Positions 51,747-61,087 of a DNA stretch of 64,000 bases are shown here, one piece after another; the stretch's first letter is position 1, and the number at the start of each line of letters is the position of its first letter. The notes under the pieces are model-generated. The model was given only the letters and a program-made list of their open reading frames with translations, was not told where the DNA came from and did no database searches. The translations under genes were made by a program, and so were the position numbers. Origin of the DNA: an uncultured virus (IMG/VR IMGVR_UViG_3300046171_000167) (lineage: Duplodnaviria > Heunggongvirae > Uroviricota > Caudoviricetes > Crassvirales); IMG/VR virus record IMGVR_UViG_3300046171_000167. One strand, written 5' to 3'.

Positions 51747-52128
51747 AAATTTTAAATTATCTGAATTAGAGTGTAATTGCATATGTGAAAACCCGTGTAC
51801 CATTCCGGATGATGTTATGAATAATTTAAAAAAATTAGCGGAAAATTTGCAAGTTATAAGAAACACCATTGATAAGCCTATAAAAGTTACTAACGCTTAT
51901 AGATGCCCTGAAAAAAATGCTTCCGTAGGTGGAGCGACAAAAAGTCAACACTTGCTAGGCAAAGCAGCGGACTTGCAAGTTAAAGATACATCACCAGATG
52001 AGGTTGCTGATATTGTAGAATCTTTGCAAGAATCAGGAATTATAGAAATGGGTGGTGTCGGAAGATATAATACATTTACTCACGTAGATATTAGAGGATA
52101 CACTGCGAGGTGGAATAATAAAAAATAA
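51739..52128 (+). CDS. Endolysin, peptidase M15A
   Basis: AYRCPEKN..VGGA.KSQHLLGKAAD...FTHVDIRG. Confidence 0.9.
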   Translation: MTKNFKLSELECNCICENPCTIPDDVMNNLKKLAENLQVIRNTIDKPIKVTNAYRCPEKNASVGGATKSQHLLGKAADLQVKDTSPDEVADIVESLQESGIIEMGGVGRYNTFTHVDIRGYTARWNNKK

Positions 52129-52129
52129 T

Positions 52130-52372
52130 ATGAAACCAATTACAAAAATAGTTAAAGAAAGAGCATCAAAAAAGATTTATTCGGATAGTATGGATATATC
52201 AATGAACGCTGATGGAACTGGCGGTGTATTTAAGTCACCTATAAAAAAGAAAGACGCTTGCTACAGTAAAGTTAAAAGCAGATATAAAAAATGGCCATCA
52301 GCTTATGCTAGTGGCGCGTTAGTTAAATGTAGAAAGGTAGGTGCAGCTAATTGGGGAAATAAATCTAAATAA
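52130..52372 (+). CDS. Small basic conserved phage protein
   Basis: KKDACYSKVKSRYKKWPSAYASGALVKCRKVGAANWG. Confidence 0.75.
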   Translation: MKPITKIVKERASKKIYSDSMDISMNADGTGGVFKSPIKKKDACYSKVKSRYKKWPSAYASGALVKCRKVGAANWGNKSK

Positions 52373-52373
52373 T

Positions 52374-52646
52374 ATGGCAAAAAAAGGGATTGGCCCACAG
52401 GGGTTGGGAATACTAGGTAATAACGGATATCACATAGGTTCTCCTGCTAAAAACTTAAAGAGGTGGTTTGAAGAAGAATGGAGAACACCTCGCGGTAATA
52501 AAGATTACAGTAAAGGGGAGAATACTTTTAGGCCTACTAAAAAAGTTTCTAAAGACACTCCAAAAACCTGGAACGAAGTTACACCCGCGTCAAAAGCAAA
52601 AGCACAAAAAGAAAAAAATACAAAAGGCAGAGTAACTAAATATTAA
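52374..52646 (+). CDS. Small basic conserved phage protein
   Basis: LKRWFEEEW...RPTKKVSKDTPKT. Confidence 0.75.
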   Translation: MAKKGIGPQGLGILGNNGYHIGSPAKNLKRWFEEEWRTPRGNKDYSKGENTFRPTKKVSKDTPKTWNEVTPASKAKAQKEKNTKGRVTKY

Positions 52647-52650
52647 AATA

Positions 52651-52679
52651 AAAAGGGAAGTCGCAAGACCTCCCTTTAA
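52651..52679. terminator. Bidirectional terminator where the two transcription blocks converge
   Basis: AAAGGGAaGTC-GCAA-GACcTCCCTTT. Confidence 0.75.
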
Positions 52680-52753
52680 TTATATGTATAGATTATTTGA
52701 TTTTTTATACACATTGGTTATTATATGTATAAAAAAGTCATAACTTTTAGCCT

Positions 52754-54478
52754 TTAGCCATCACAAGCTAAACAATCTTCATCCATAGCTTGATCTGCAA
52801 TATCTCCTCTCAGCACAGATTCCGTGCGCATATAGTATAAAGTTTTAATACCCTTCTTCCACGCTTCCATATGCACTTTATTAACCCACTTAGGTGAGGC
52901 TACACTAGGGAAGGCTAAGTTTAAACTTACAGATTGATCTATATATTGCTGGCGAATACCAGCTTGGTTTACCAACTCTAATTGATTAATTTCTTTAAAA
53001 GTTTTAAACACTTCTTTAGCTGGTATATCATTATACTTACCAACCATTATTTTGTCTAACTCTTTTAACCCTTGAACAGATCCACCGTCTTTAAGTATTT
53101 TACCCCACGTCTTTTCATTATCTAACTTATATTTTCTTAATAGCTTTTTTAACGATGGGTTCTTGCGTATAAAAGTTCCTTTAGCACTTTGCTCAGTAAA
53201 TACGTTTGCAGCCCAAGGTTCTATTCCTGGCGAAACATTTCCGCTAAGCTTTGAATTACTAACAGTGGGAGCAATAGCGCGCAAATGAGTATTACGCATA
53301 CCAGTACCACGGCACCACAAAGGTTCACCATAAGTTTCTGCAAGCGCCATAGAAGCTCTTTCGCTCTCAATTTTAATTTGACTAAATATTCTTCTTGTTT
53401 CATATTGTGATAATAAACCTTCAAAAGGCAAGCCTTTGTCTTGTAAATAAGTATGCCACCCAAGAACACCTAACCCTAAAGCTCTACCCTTCTCGGCAGA
53501 TCTTACTGAATTGTGAAATCCAACTTTACCTTTTGATTTTTGTATAAACTCTTCTAACACGCCATCTAAAAACCATATACTATCGTATATTAGATTAGTG
53601 TTTTTCCATTCATCATACTTAGCTAAGTTTAATGATGATAAACAACAAACAAAGCTATGAGACTCGTCTGTATGCAGCGTAATCTCAGAGCATATATTTG
53701 TCATATGTACTTTTAAACCGTGCTTTCTGTATTGCTCTGGATTATTTTTGTTTGTATTCCCCTTAAATAGCACGTAAGGTTCTCCAGTAGCTTTACGCTT
53801 TTGAAGTAATTTTCCCCAACGTTTTCTAGCTTCTGCATCTCCTTGTTCAAGCTGTCGCATAAACTTGTCGCCGACCACAGCGCACTGGTGGAGGTTGAGC
53901 GATTGACGATTAACGTCTCCTTTAGGCTCACGTATTTCGAGCCACTCTTCGAAATCGGGGTGATCAATGTTAATATTAACCGATGCAGCTCCTCGTCTGA
54001 CAGATCCTTGATTAGTGGCAAGTATTGTTGAATCGTATATCTTACAAAAAGGCACAACTCCGTCACTTGTTCCATTTCCTGTTATATTAGCGCCGGCAGG
54101 ACGAATCATATTAACGCCAATACCAACCCCGCCGCCGTGTTTTGCTAGTAGCATCATCTCTAAATTTTTATTACCTATCTCGTATATAGAGTCTCCTACA
54201 TCAATGCCGAAGCATGATATTGGCAAACCTCTATCAGAACCTGTGTTGGAGAGCACAGGGGACGCTAAGCATAACCAACCATTCCATATATATTCAAAAA
54301 ATATTTTAGCCAATTCTGGCTTACCTAAACGCTTTGCAACCGTGTTGCATACTCTATTGTATGCGTCTCTAGGCGACTCATCGCCGACTAAATAACCGCC
54401 TCCAATTGTTTTTTTATAAACTTCAGTTTCTCCCCATGAGGGATAGTCCGTTCCTTTAATCCATTCTTTATTCCACAT
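52754..54478 (-). CDS. nrdA: Ribonucleotide reductase class I alpha subunit (short, no obvious ATP cone)
   Basis: PISCF, TNICSEI, CCLSSLN, APTVSNS, TLYY and C-terminal CLAC. Confidence 0.95.
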   Translation of the reverse strand: MWNKEWIKGTDYPSWGETEVYKKTIGGGYLVGDESPRDAYNRVCNTVAKRLGKPELAKIFFEYIWNGWLCLASPVLSNTGSDRGLPISCFGIDVGDSIYEIGNKNLEMMLLAKHGGGVGIGVNMIRPAGANITGNGTSDGVVPFCKIYDSTILATNQGSVRRGAASVNINIDHPDFEEWLEIREPKGDVNRQSLNLHQCAVVGDKFMRQLEQGDAEARKRWGKLLQKRKATGEPYVLFKGNTNKNNPEQYRKHGLKVHMTNICSEITLHTDESHSFVCCLSSLNLAKYDEWKNTNLIYDSIWFLDGVLEEFIQKSKGKVGFHNSVRSAEKGRALGLGVLGWHTYLQDKGLPFEGLLSQYETRRIFSQIKIESERASMALAETYGEPLWCRGTGMRNTHLRAIAPTVSNSKLSGNVSPGIEPWAANVFTEQSAKGTFIRKNPSLKKLLRKYKLDNEKTWGKILKDGGSVQGLKELDKIMVGKYNDIPAKEVFKTFKEINQLELVNQAGIRQQYIDQSVSLNLAFPSVASPKWVNKVHMEAWKKGIKTLYYMRTESVLRGDIADQAMDEDCLACDG

Positions 54479-54744
54479 TATATTAAAAAGTGTTTTATCC
54501 AAGCGATCAATCCGTTAAGATTTAACGCTACTAAATTCCATTGTTTTCTATAGCTTGTTTGTACCATAACACATATAAAGCCTATTATATATAGTCTAGG
54601 GTCTATGGTCCATTGAGCAGCGATCAAAAAACCACTGCCCATATATCCCACTCTAATTGCTAATCTTTCTTCAGGTCTCAAACGCTGGCTCTTCACTAGC
54701 GTCTTCAGCCATTTCCTTTTTAAGCTTTTCAATTGCTTCTTCAT
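54478..54744 (-). CDS. Small membrane protein (2-3 TM)
   Basis: Hydrophobic segments; TAATG overlap with nrdA. Confidence 0.65.
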   Translation of the reverse strand: MKKQLKSLKRKWLKTLVKSQRLRPEERLAIRVGYMGSGFLIAAQWTIDPRLYIIGFICVMVQTSYRKQWNLVALNLNGLIAWIKHFLI

Positions 54745-54883
54745 AACCAGGTAGGTCTTTAATTATTTTGCTGTTTCCAAAAGATAATGTTTTTAAATGC
54801 TCTATTTCTTTCATTAATCCTTGTGTTATAGAGCCTAAAACTTCTATCTTTCTTTGCATTTCTATTAATTTACTTTCTTTCAT
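54671..54883 (-). CDS. Hypothetical protein
   Basis: 70-aa ORF between nrdB and nrdA. Confidence 0.7.
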   Translation of the reverse strand: MKESKLIEMQRKIEVLGSITQGLMKEIEHLKTLSFGNSKIIKDLPGYEEAIEKLKKEMAEDASEEPAFET

Positions 54884-54895
54884 TGTTATTATTTT

Positions 54896-55873
54896 TTACC
54901 ACACATCATCCCAATCTTCTCCTTCATTTGCTTTACTGTAGTCAGTCGGCCTAATAGCGAAAAAATCAGTATGGGTATGCCCGCCGGTAAGATGATCAAA
55001 CCAAGCCATTTTATCAATTGACTTTTGGTCATATTCAAACTTAAATTTACCTTCTTGTTTATAACCCAACTCTTGAATTTTGTCACCCGTGCGTTTTTTA
55101 ATAAACTGTTTAAGATCATATTCTGTTATTCCTTCAATATCACCCATTTCAAATAACTTAGATATGTAAGTCATTTCGGCGTTGTGCATAGTTAAAGCTG
55201 CATCGTACACATGCTCCTTACATTCTTCTTTTAACCCCGGTATTTGGGAACACATATGTCTAAATAATTGACAACCCATTTTAGAATGTAATGACTCATC
55301 TCTTACGGACCATTTCATTTGTTGACCAATACCCTTTAATAGGTTTCTCATTTGAAAAGAATAAAGTACAGCAAAAGCAGAGTAAAGGCTAACACCTTCC
55401 GCAAAAGCACTAAACACAGCAAGAGACTTGCCAATCCCCACAGGATCGGATCCCTCGTAAGCAACCAAATTTTCAAATCTTTTAGCAGTCGCAGGTTCAT
55501 GTAAAAAAGCTTCATAATCTTCTAACCCTAAAGTTTCATTTAAATAACTGTAAGCAACAGCGTGTATTGTTTCTTGCGAACCAAACATCATTGCCATTTG
55601 TTGTATCTCGTGTTTAGGAAACCACGATACGACCTTCTGGGTCCAATAGTCTGAAACAGCGCATTCGGTTTGCGCGAATCCAAGAAGTATGTTCCCAACA
55701 AGGTGTTTTTCTTTTTCATTAAGTCTTTCATTCCAATCTTTTAAATCGCCAGACATAGGTATTTCGGTATGTAGCCAAAAAGCCTGGGCTTGTTTTAACC
55801 AACCTTCTGTATAATACTCTGGGTATTCAAAAGGCTTATAAGGTATTCTAGGTGTAAATAAAGGCGCTTTCAT
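54896..55873 (-). CDS. nrdB: Ribonucleotide reductase class I beta subunit
   Basis: FWLHTEI, ETIHAVAYS, EGVSLYSAF, RDESLH and tail DFFAIRPTDY. Confidence 0.95.
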   Translation of the reverse strand: MKAPLFTPRIPYKPFEYPEYYTEGWLKQAQAFWLHTEIPMSGDLKDWNERLNEKEKHLVGNILLGFAQTECAVSDYWTQKVVSWFPKHEIQQMAMMFGSQETIHAVAYSYLNETLGLEDYEAFLHEPATAKRFENLVAYEGSDPVGIGKSLAVFSAFAEGVSLYSAFAVLYSFQMRNLLKGIGQQMKWSVRDESLHSKMGCQLFRHMCSQIPGLKEECKEHVYDAALTMHNAEMTYISKLFEMGDIEGITEYDLKQFIKKRTGDKIQELGYKQEGKFKFEYDQKSIDKMAWFDHLTGGHTHTDFFAIRPTDYSKANEGEDWDDVW

Positions 55874-55874
55874 A

Positions 55875-56036
55875 TTATTTTTCTATTTCTATTGCTACGT
55901 CTACAAACGGCAGGTAAATTACGTGCTGTTTATGCGCCGGTCCATCGTATGATCTTGCTCCAAATAATATGCCAGGATAAAACCCTAAGCTAATGCTCCA
56001 GTCTTTATCGGCCTTGCCCTCTGTATTTTTTAACAT
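55875..56036 (-). CDS. Small hypothetical protein (53 aa)
   Basis: Hand-translated ...WSISLGFYPGILFGARSY...YLPFVDVAIEIEK. Confidence 0.55.
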   Translation of the reverse strand: MLKNTEGKADKDWSISLGFYPGILFGARSYDGPAHKQHVIYLPFVDVAIEIEK

Positions 56037-56139
56037 AATTTTTACTTGTTTTATTATTACTTGTTTTACTTTTAGCGTGTACTCCTTTACGACGCTTTTT
56101 TTGATTTTCTATATACGTATATACTGCTGCTTTAGCCAT
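56005..56139 (-). CDS. Small basic protein ending KKYRGQGR (44 aa)
   Basis: Hand-translated MAKAAVYTYIENQKKRRKGVHAKSKTS...KKYRGQGR. Confidence 0.65.
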   Translation of the reverse strand: MAKAAVYTYIENQKKRRKGVHAKSKTSNNKTSKNYVKKYRGQGR

Positions 56140-56308
56140 GATAACATTTTATATTATACTTTTCGTGATATTCTAAGATATGCTTATATTTAACATATCC
56201 CTTTTTTTCTATAGACCACTTCACAAACTTATCAATCTGCCTCTGCGCGTATTTTCTCCTTGCTAGTTCTTTGCTTTGAACAGGAGTTGTTCTATTACTT
56301 TGTCGCAT
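56132..56308 (-). CDS. Small hypothetical protein (58 aa)
   Basis: Hand-translated MRQSNRTT...RQIDKFVKWSIEKRGY...; fills the gap in the operon. Confidence 0.5.
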   Translation of the reverse strand: MRQSNRTTPVQSKELARRKYAQRQIDKFVKWSIEKKGYVKYKHILEYHEKYNIKCYHG

Positions 56309-56724
56309 TCTGCTTGATTTTGTGGTTTATATAATGTGTATTGAGGAAACTGTTTTGTAACTAACAATTTAAATAATTTCCAACGCATTGGAAAAGATTC
56401 ATTAGCTCGCCCTTTCGTTTCTATTATAAAATCTTCACCTATAAAATCAGGCGTGTATTTTATTGGTAATATACGTTTACCTCCTCTGTTTTTAAAATCA
56501 CCCTTACCATTAGCTTGACGTGCATAGCATTCGTTTGGAAAATGAAATCCATTTATTAATACAAACGTTTCGCCTTCGTATTTAGCTTTTATTTTAGCTT
56601 TTCTTAAAGCCATATACATATACCTTTCAAGCCCTGAGGCAAAGTTGATACCATCATATGATATCTTCTTTGCTTGTACAGGCCCTCTTTTTTTTCTTCT
56701 ATAAGATCTCTTCTTCATAAACAT
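56263..56724 (-). CDS. T7 endonuclease I-like Holliday junction resolvase
   Basis: FASGLE...YTPDF...IIETKG. Confidence 0.85.
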   Translation of the reverse strand: MFMKKRSYRRKKRGPVQAKKISYDGINFASGLERYMYMALRKAKIKAKYEGETFVLINGFHFPNECYARQANGKGDFKNRGGKRILPIKYTPDFIGEDFIIETKGRANESFPMRWKLFKLLVTKQFPQYTLYKPQNQAECDKVIEQLLFKAKN

Positions 56725-56974
56725 CTAAATTGTTTATGCCGTCAGCTATCTGCTCTTGCGCGTCTCTAATATAACATTCTTCAATTTCTTCACGCAATAT
56801 AGATCTAGCTTTTTCTATATAGTTAACAGCATCCATTAATTCTTCTTGTAAGTGATTAAGCCATGTGTCTAAGGTTTGCTCATCATCTTCTAAAGTAACG
56901 CCGTATTTTTTATAACCGACATCTGACCTAGACTTAATTTTATTTACAACTCTTTCAATAATTTTATCTCTCAT
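56699..56974 (-). CDS. MazG-fold/nucleotide pyrophosphohydrolase-like protein
   Basis: GYKKYGVTL...WLNHLQEELMDAVNY acidic helix pattern. Confidence 0.55.
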   Translation of the reverse strand: MRDKIIERVVNKIKSRSDVGYKKYGVTLEDDEQTLDTWLNHLQEELMDAVNYIEKARSILREEIEECYIRDAQEQIADGINNLDVYEEEIL

Positions 56975-56975
56975 A

Positions 56976-57740
56976 TTAATCTTTTACAAATGTTCCATTA
57001 ATCATTTTACCTGTTCTAAGAGCTATTTCATTATAAGCTGAATCGATACAGTCTTCTATTTCCATATTTTCTAAATGAGCTAAATTAGTTAGCACAACAA
57101 CCATATCTCCAATAGCATCTTTTATTTCAAATTTGTCATGCTTTAATATAGCGCTTGCTAATTCTCCCGCTTCTTCCATTAGTTTAGTATATTGAGTTCT
57201 GCTATCTCCAGCATCATATATACCTCGTTTGGCTGCCCAATCGCGTATTAAATCAAATCTGTGATCTGTTTTTGGAATTTCTTTTGGATTATGCTTAAGA
57301 TTAAAAAAAGCTTCATAGAAAGCTTTATTATAAATGTAAGATCTACTAGGGTTATACATAGATTCTTTAACATTTTGCATTATCCAAGGAACGTGCTCTG
57401 CTTTAAGTTCAAAGTCATATCCTTGCGGTGTTGTCCATTGTAAACCAATATGATCCATAAGATTACCTTTTAATTTATTTAAAGGATAAGGAAACGTTGT
57501 GGTTTGTTCAGTTGCATTTAATTTCATTTTATTGAACATGTTTTTATAAGGTTTTCTATCTATTTTATAGCCATAAGACTTTTGAAGCTCTATCTCACGC
57601 TCAGATATATAATCTATATCTTTACTTTGATCAAGAACTTCATATTCATTAGGTGCGTAACCCTGGACTTCCGTAACCCTCTTATTAAGATTACGTGTTA
57701 CGCCAATTTTTTTACCAGGTATGTGATATATATAATACAT
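56976..57740 (-). CDS. Fusion of a GIY-YIG-like N-terminus and a MazG-like NTP pyrophosphohydrolase
   Basis: YYIYHIPGKKIGVT...R...E at the N-terminus; KLMEEAGEL...DAIGD...AYNEI..RTG at the C-terminus. Confidence 0.75.
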   Translation of the reverse strand: MYYIYHIPGKKIGVTRNLNKRVTEVQGYAPNEYEVLDQSKDIDYISEREIELQKSYGYKIDRKPYKNMFNKMKLNATEQTTTFPYPLNKLKGNLMDHIGLQWTTPQGYDFELKAEHVPWIMQNVKESMYNPSRSYIYNKAFYEAFFNLKHNPKEIPKTDHRFDLIRDWAAKRGIYDAGDSRTQYTKLMEEAGELASAILKHDKFEIKDAIGDMVVVLTNLAHLENMEIEDCIDSAYNEIALRTGKMINGTFVKD

Positions 57741-57748
57741 ATTTTTCT

Positions 57749-58589
57749 TTAGTTACCAACACTCAACTCTGCTTTAATTGCAGGGTAAGGATTGTATTTA
57801 ATTAATTGAATTTCATCTGCTTTAGGTATATATACTTTATTATTTAATTTACCTAATTCGGAATACATATATATTCCTTGGTCCAAATGTAAAAATGGTA
57901 ATGCTCTTTTAGACCTATCTAAATATATTTTAGCTTGATCAAAATGATTGTTATATAAATGACAATCACCTAATTGACCAATAAGCTTCCCAGCTTCTAA
58001 TTTAGCACCTTTAGCCAGCATCTCTAATAGTAAACCATACATTACAATATCGTAAGGCAATCCTAAAAACACATCAGCTGATCTTTGCTGCCACATCAAA
58101 TCTATAACACCGTTGTTAATATAAACTTGAAAAGCATAATGGCATGGGGGCAAAACCATATCATTCATTTCATGTGGAGCCCATGCACTAACTATAAGAC
58201 GCCTAGAATTTGGATTAGTACTTATGCTATGCACAAGCTTTTCGAGCTGATCTACGCCGTTAAAATCACGCCATTGTTTTCCATACACAGGGCCTAAAGT
58301 TTCGTCTGTTCTACCTGAACGCTCATAATCTGGTCGCCAATACTTAACCCCATTGTCTTCAAGATATTTAAGATCAGTTCTACCATTTAATATCCAAAGC
58401 AACTCTGTGCGAGCCTGCATTAAAACTTATCTTCTTTCCTGTAAGTATAGGGAAGCCCAATGACATATCGTGCTTAATCGTTCTTCCGAAGACAGCTTTC
58501 GTCCCTGTGCCTGTTCTATCCTCCTTATCCAATCCTCCGTAGAGAATTCCTGCCATAAGTCCTTTGTATTCATTTTCTATATTTGTCAT
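57749..58589 (-). CDS. thyA: Thymidylate synthase (frameshift near 58415)
   Basis: DRTGTGT, LGPVYGKQWR, LPPCH, QRSADVFLGLP and DCHLYNNH. Confidence 0.93.
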
Positions 58590-58839
58590 AATAATAATTA
58601 CATGCTTTAAATACTTGTTCTTGTATTTCCGTTATGTTATAAGTCTGAGGTGATTCATTCCACTTTTTATAATCAGAGCCCATACTAACAGTTACTTTAA
58701 AATTTTCAGGATACATACCCTGCTCTTGAGGCAACATACTAATCCTTATATTATTTCTAACGCAATATCTAAAAGCCTCCCAATCTTTAGGGGTCGGTTG
58801 ATAATAATATCCTGCTGTTTTTCTTTTCTTTCTAGGCAT
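58570..58839 (-). CDS. Hypothetical protein
   Basis: 89-aa coupled ORF. Confidence 0.7.
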   Translation of the reverse strand: MPRKKRKTAGYYYQPTPKDWEAFRYCVRNNIRISMLPQEQGMYPENFKVTVSMGSDYKKWNESPQTYNITEIQEQVFKACNYYYDKYRK

Positions 58840-60557
58840 TACTCCCAGGGCATTACTTCATTTTCTAAACTAACTGGATAGTGTGGAATAAAACAACCTG
58901 ATCTAGGTTCCCATTTAAAATGTGCTTCAGCTCCATTGTCCCCTAAGTTTTGAAATTTAACTTTTAGTACTTTTGCTTTAACTGTTTTTTCTTCATAATT
59001 TCTATGCACTAATATACCATGGTAACTAGCATCATACCATTCTCCTCCCCCTTTAATGTTGTACATTGTAGGCTCCTCAATTTTGCCGTCTTTGTCTTTA
59101 TACATTTTAGTTGGGTGAGCTACAATAAAAACTAATACGTCATACTTTTTGCAAAACATTTCTATTTTACTTAAGTAATCCATAGTATATCTATTTACAT
59201 CTTCTGTCTTAGCATCAACATCTCTAACTTTATTAAAAGGATCTATAACCAAACATTTAATACCTTTACGTTTAACAAGCTCTGCTCCCTTTCGTAAAAC
59301 TGATTCAAGTGTATACCGTTCCATATCAATAAAAAAGAAGTTGTCATTTACGTGCTCCGCTACCTGATTCCATTTATCTCCACCTATATCTTTTTTTGTA
59401 GGCATATCTTGCCAAACTTTTCTCATTAATTTATGAGCGTGTAGATATGTTGGCGCATTTTCCGGGCTAGCAAAAGCTGTTTTCCAACCATAGTTTGCGT
59501 TATATCCGACAACCATTTGATCGACAAAATCTGATTTCCCTGAACTTGGTATACCGGTGACAGTAATAAATTGACTAGTGTAAGTTGAAAAGATATTGTC
59601 AAAATTATCAAGGCCAATTTGAAATCCTTTTTTAAAGCCATTAGTAACAAAATCAGTAATCTCTCCTTCAATATCTTTGAATGTCGTAACATTCTCAAGC
59701 GGTACTGGTCTTGGTTTTGAAACACACTCTGCCAATTTTTCTTTTCCATATTCTAATAAATACTCGTTTGCATCTTTGCAACCATTAAAATCTATTAAAT
59801 AACACGTCTCAGCTCCTAGTCTTCTTATTAACTCTTTTTCTAAAGCTTGACCCGCTTCGTCTGAATCAACCGCAATTATTATTTTTTCTTTATCAGTAAA
59901 ATAATCTATACAGTTATCTAAATAATCTAAGTTATTACTATTAAGTGTTGCACCGTTCGGTACTGACACCACATTCTTTACACCAGCTTCGTATAAAGAA
60001 AGGGCATCCATTTCTCCTTCTACAATAACACATTCGTCGTAACCGACTATACTGTTAATATTGTAGAACACTTTTTCGGCGCCCTTATATAACTTAAAGT
60101 TTTTACGACCGTCCCTGTATTTTACATTAATTAGTTGATCGCCCATATAGTAATTAAACTGTATGGTATTCTCGGTCTTACCGGTTTGAGGCATCCATTC
60201 AGATCCCTCTGTAACTTTTAAAGCCTGTAGAGTGGCAGGCGAGATTCCTCTGCCTTTAAACCACTCCTCGACTTTAGTGCCAACTACTTTCGTTACTTCA
60301 GGTGTTGTAGGCCTAATATATTCTTTTGTAGACCCGCCTTTCCTTTGGTAAGTGTGTAGTTGAAATGTTTCATTACAATTGTGGCAAGTACCGAGACCTC
60401 TTTTCCAATCATAAGAAGCACACTTTGCTTTCTTATTAGTTGCTTTCCTGGTGTGAGAACACAAAGGACAAGTCCCTTGCGCTTTACCCACATCAAGATC
60501 ATGCTGATTAAATTGGTCTATCTGGAAACCATTAATTTCCGTACTTTCTACTTGCAT
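58839..60557 (-). CDS. T7-like/Twinkle primase-helicase
   Basis: Zn finger CPLC...CHNC, TOPRIM EGEMD...DSDEAG, Walker A GIPSSGKS, LVIDP, VAHP. Confidence 0.93.
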   Translation of the reverse strand: MQVESTEINGFQIDQFNQHDLDVGKAQGTCPLCSHTRKATNKKAKCASYDWKRGLGTCHNCNETFQLHTYQRKGGSTKEYIRPTTPEVTKVVGTKVEEWFKGRGISPATLQALKVTEGSEWMPQTGKTENTIQFNYYMGDQLINVKYRDGRKNFKLYKGAEKVFYNINSIVGYDECVIVEGEMDALSLYEAGVKNVVSVPNGATLNSNNLDYLDNCIDYFTDKEKIIIAVDSDEAGQALEKELIRRLGAETCYLIDFNGCKDANEYLLEYGKEKLAECVSKPRPVPLENVTTFKDIEGEITDFVTNGFKKGFQIGLDNFDNIFSTYTSQFITVTGIPSSGKSDFVDQMVVGYNANYGWKTAFASPENAPTYLHAHKLMRKVWQDMPTKKDIGGDKWNQVAEHVNDNFFFIDMERYTLESVLRKGAELVKRKGIKCLVIDPFNKVRDVDAKTEDVNRYTMDYLSKIEMFCKKYDVLVFIVAHPTKMYKDKDGKIEEPTMYNIKGGGEWYDASYHGILVHRNYEEKTVKAKVLKVKFQNLGDNGAEAHFKWEPRSGCFIPHYPVSLENEVMPWE

Positions 60558-60567
60558 TTAATTGTTT

Positions 60568-60886
60568 TTAGAATGGTAAATCATCTGCTGGTGCAACTGC
60601 TGGTTGCGGCTGTGCAGAAGTTTGCTGTACATCATTTCGTGGTGCCGCCGGAACATTATCTCCATTAGTCCACACGACTTGAACATTACCTAAGTAAGTC
60701 TTTGGTGTTTTAGCTTCTCTTTCTTCTTTACTTTGTGCTACAACTACAGGACCTTGATTACCAAATTGATCTACTTCATCGTTTAAAGTAATAGTTATTG
60801 GTAGGTATTTACCCTTTCTTGCCATCGATAATTTTGCTTTTATCAATAGCATTTAAGTTAATACTTGTCTTTATAATACTTGCCAT
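60568..60886 (-). CDS. Single-stranded DNA-binding protein, Bacteroidota-phage type (frameshift near 60835)
   Basis: True start MASIIKTSINL at 60886; acidic DDLPF tail. Confidence 0.75.
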
Positions 60887-61065
60887 TATGCGTATGCGTT
60901 TAATTTATTAAATAAAGTTTGCAACCTAGATGTCTTTACACCTGTTGCTCTCCTAAAGTTATCAACTACTTTAGAATGTGTTTGATTAGAATAAAATTCT
61001 GTTGTAGGTAAATTCATACCGGTTACACTACAAGTTCTTGTTTGCATTTTTTTTGCTCTTGCCAT
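60886..61065 (-). CDS. Small hypothetical protein (59 aa)
   Basis: Hand-translated MARAKKMQTRTCSVTG...; follows class A copy 9. Confidence 0.65.
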   Translation of the reverse strand: MARAKKMQTRTCSVTGMNLPTTEFYSNQTHSKVVDNFRRATGVKTSRLQTLFNKLNAYA

Positions 61066-61087
61066 AAGATTTAATTTAAATTTAACA

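Noticed and set aside
59426..59749. Alternative-frame ORF inside the primase-helicase, and similar 60-130 aa shadow ORFs in other genes
   Set aside because: No accompanying codon or GC shift or expression signal; most are antisense shadows expected from codon bias.
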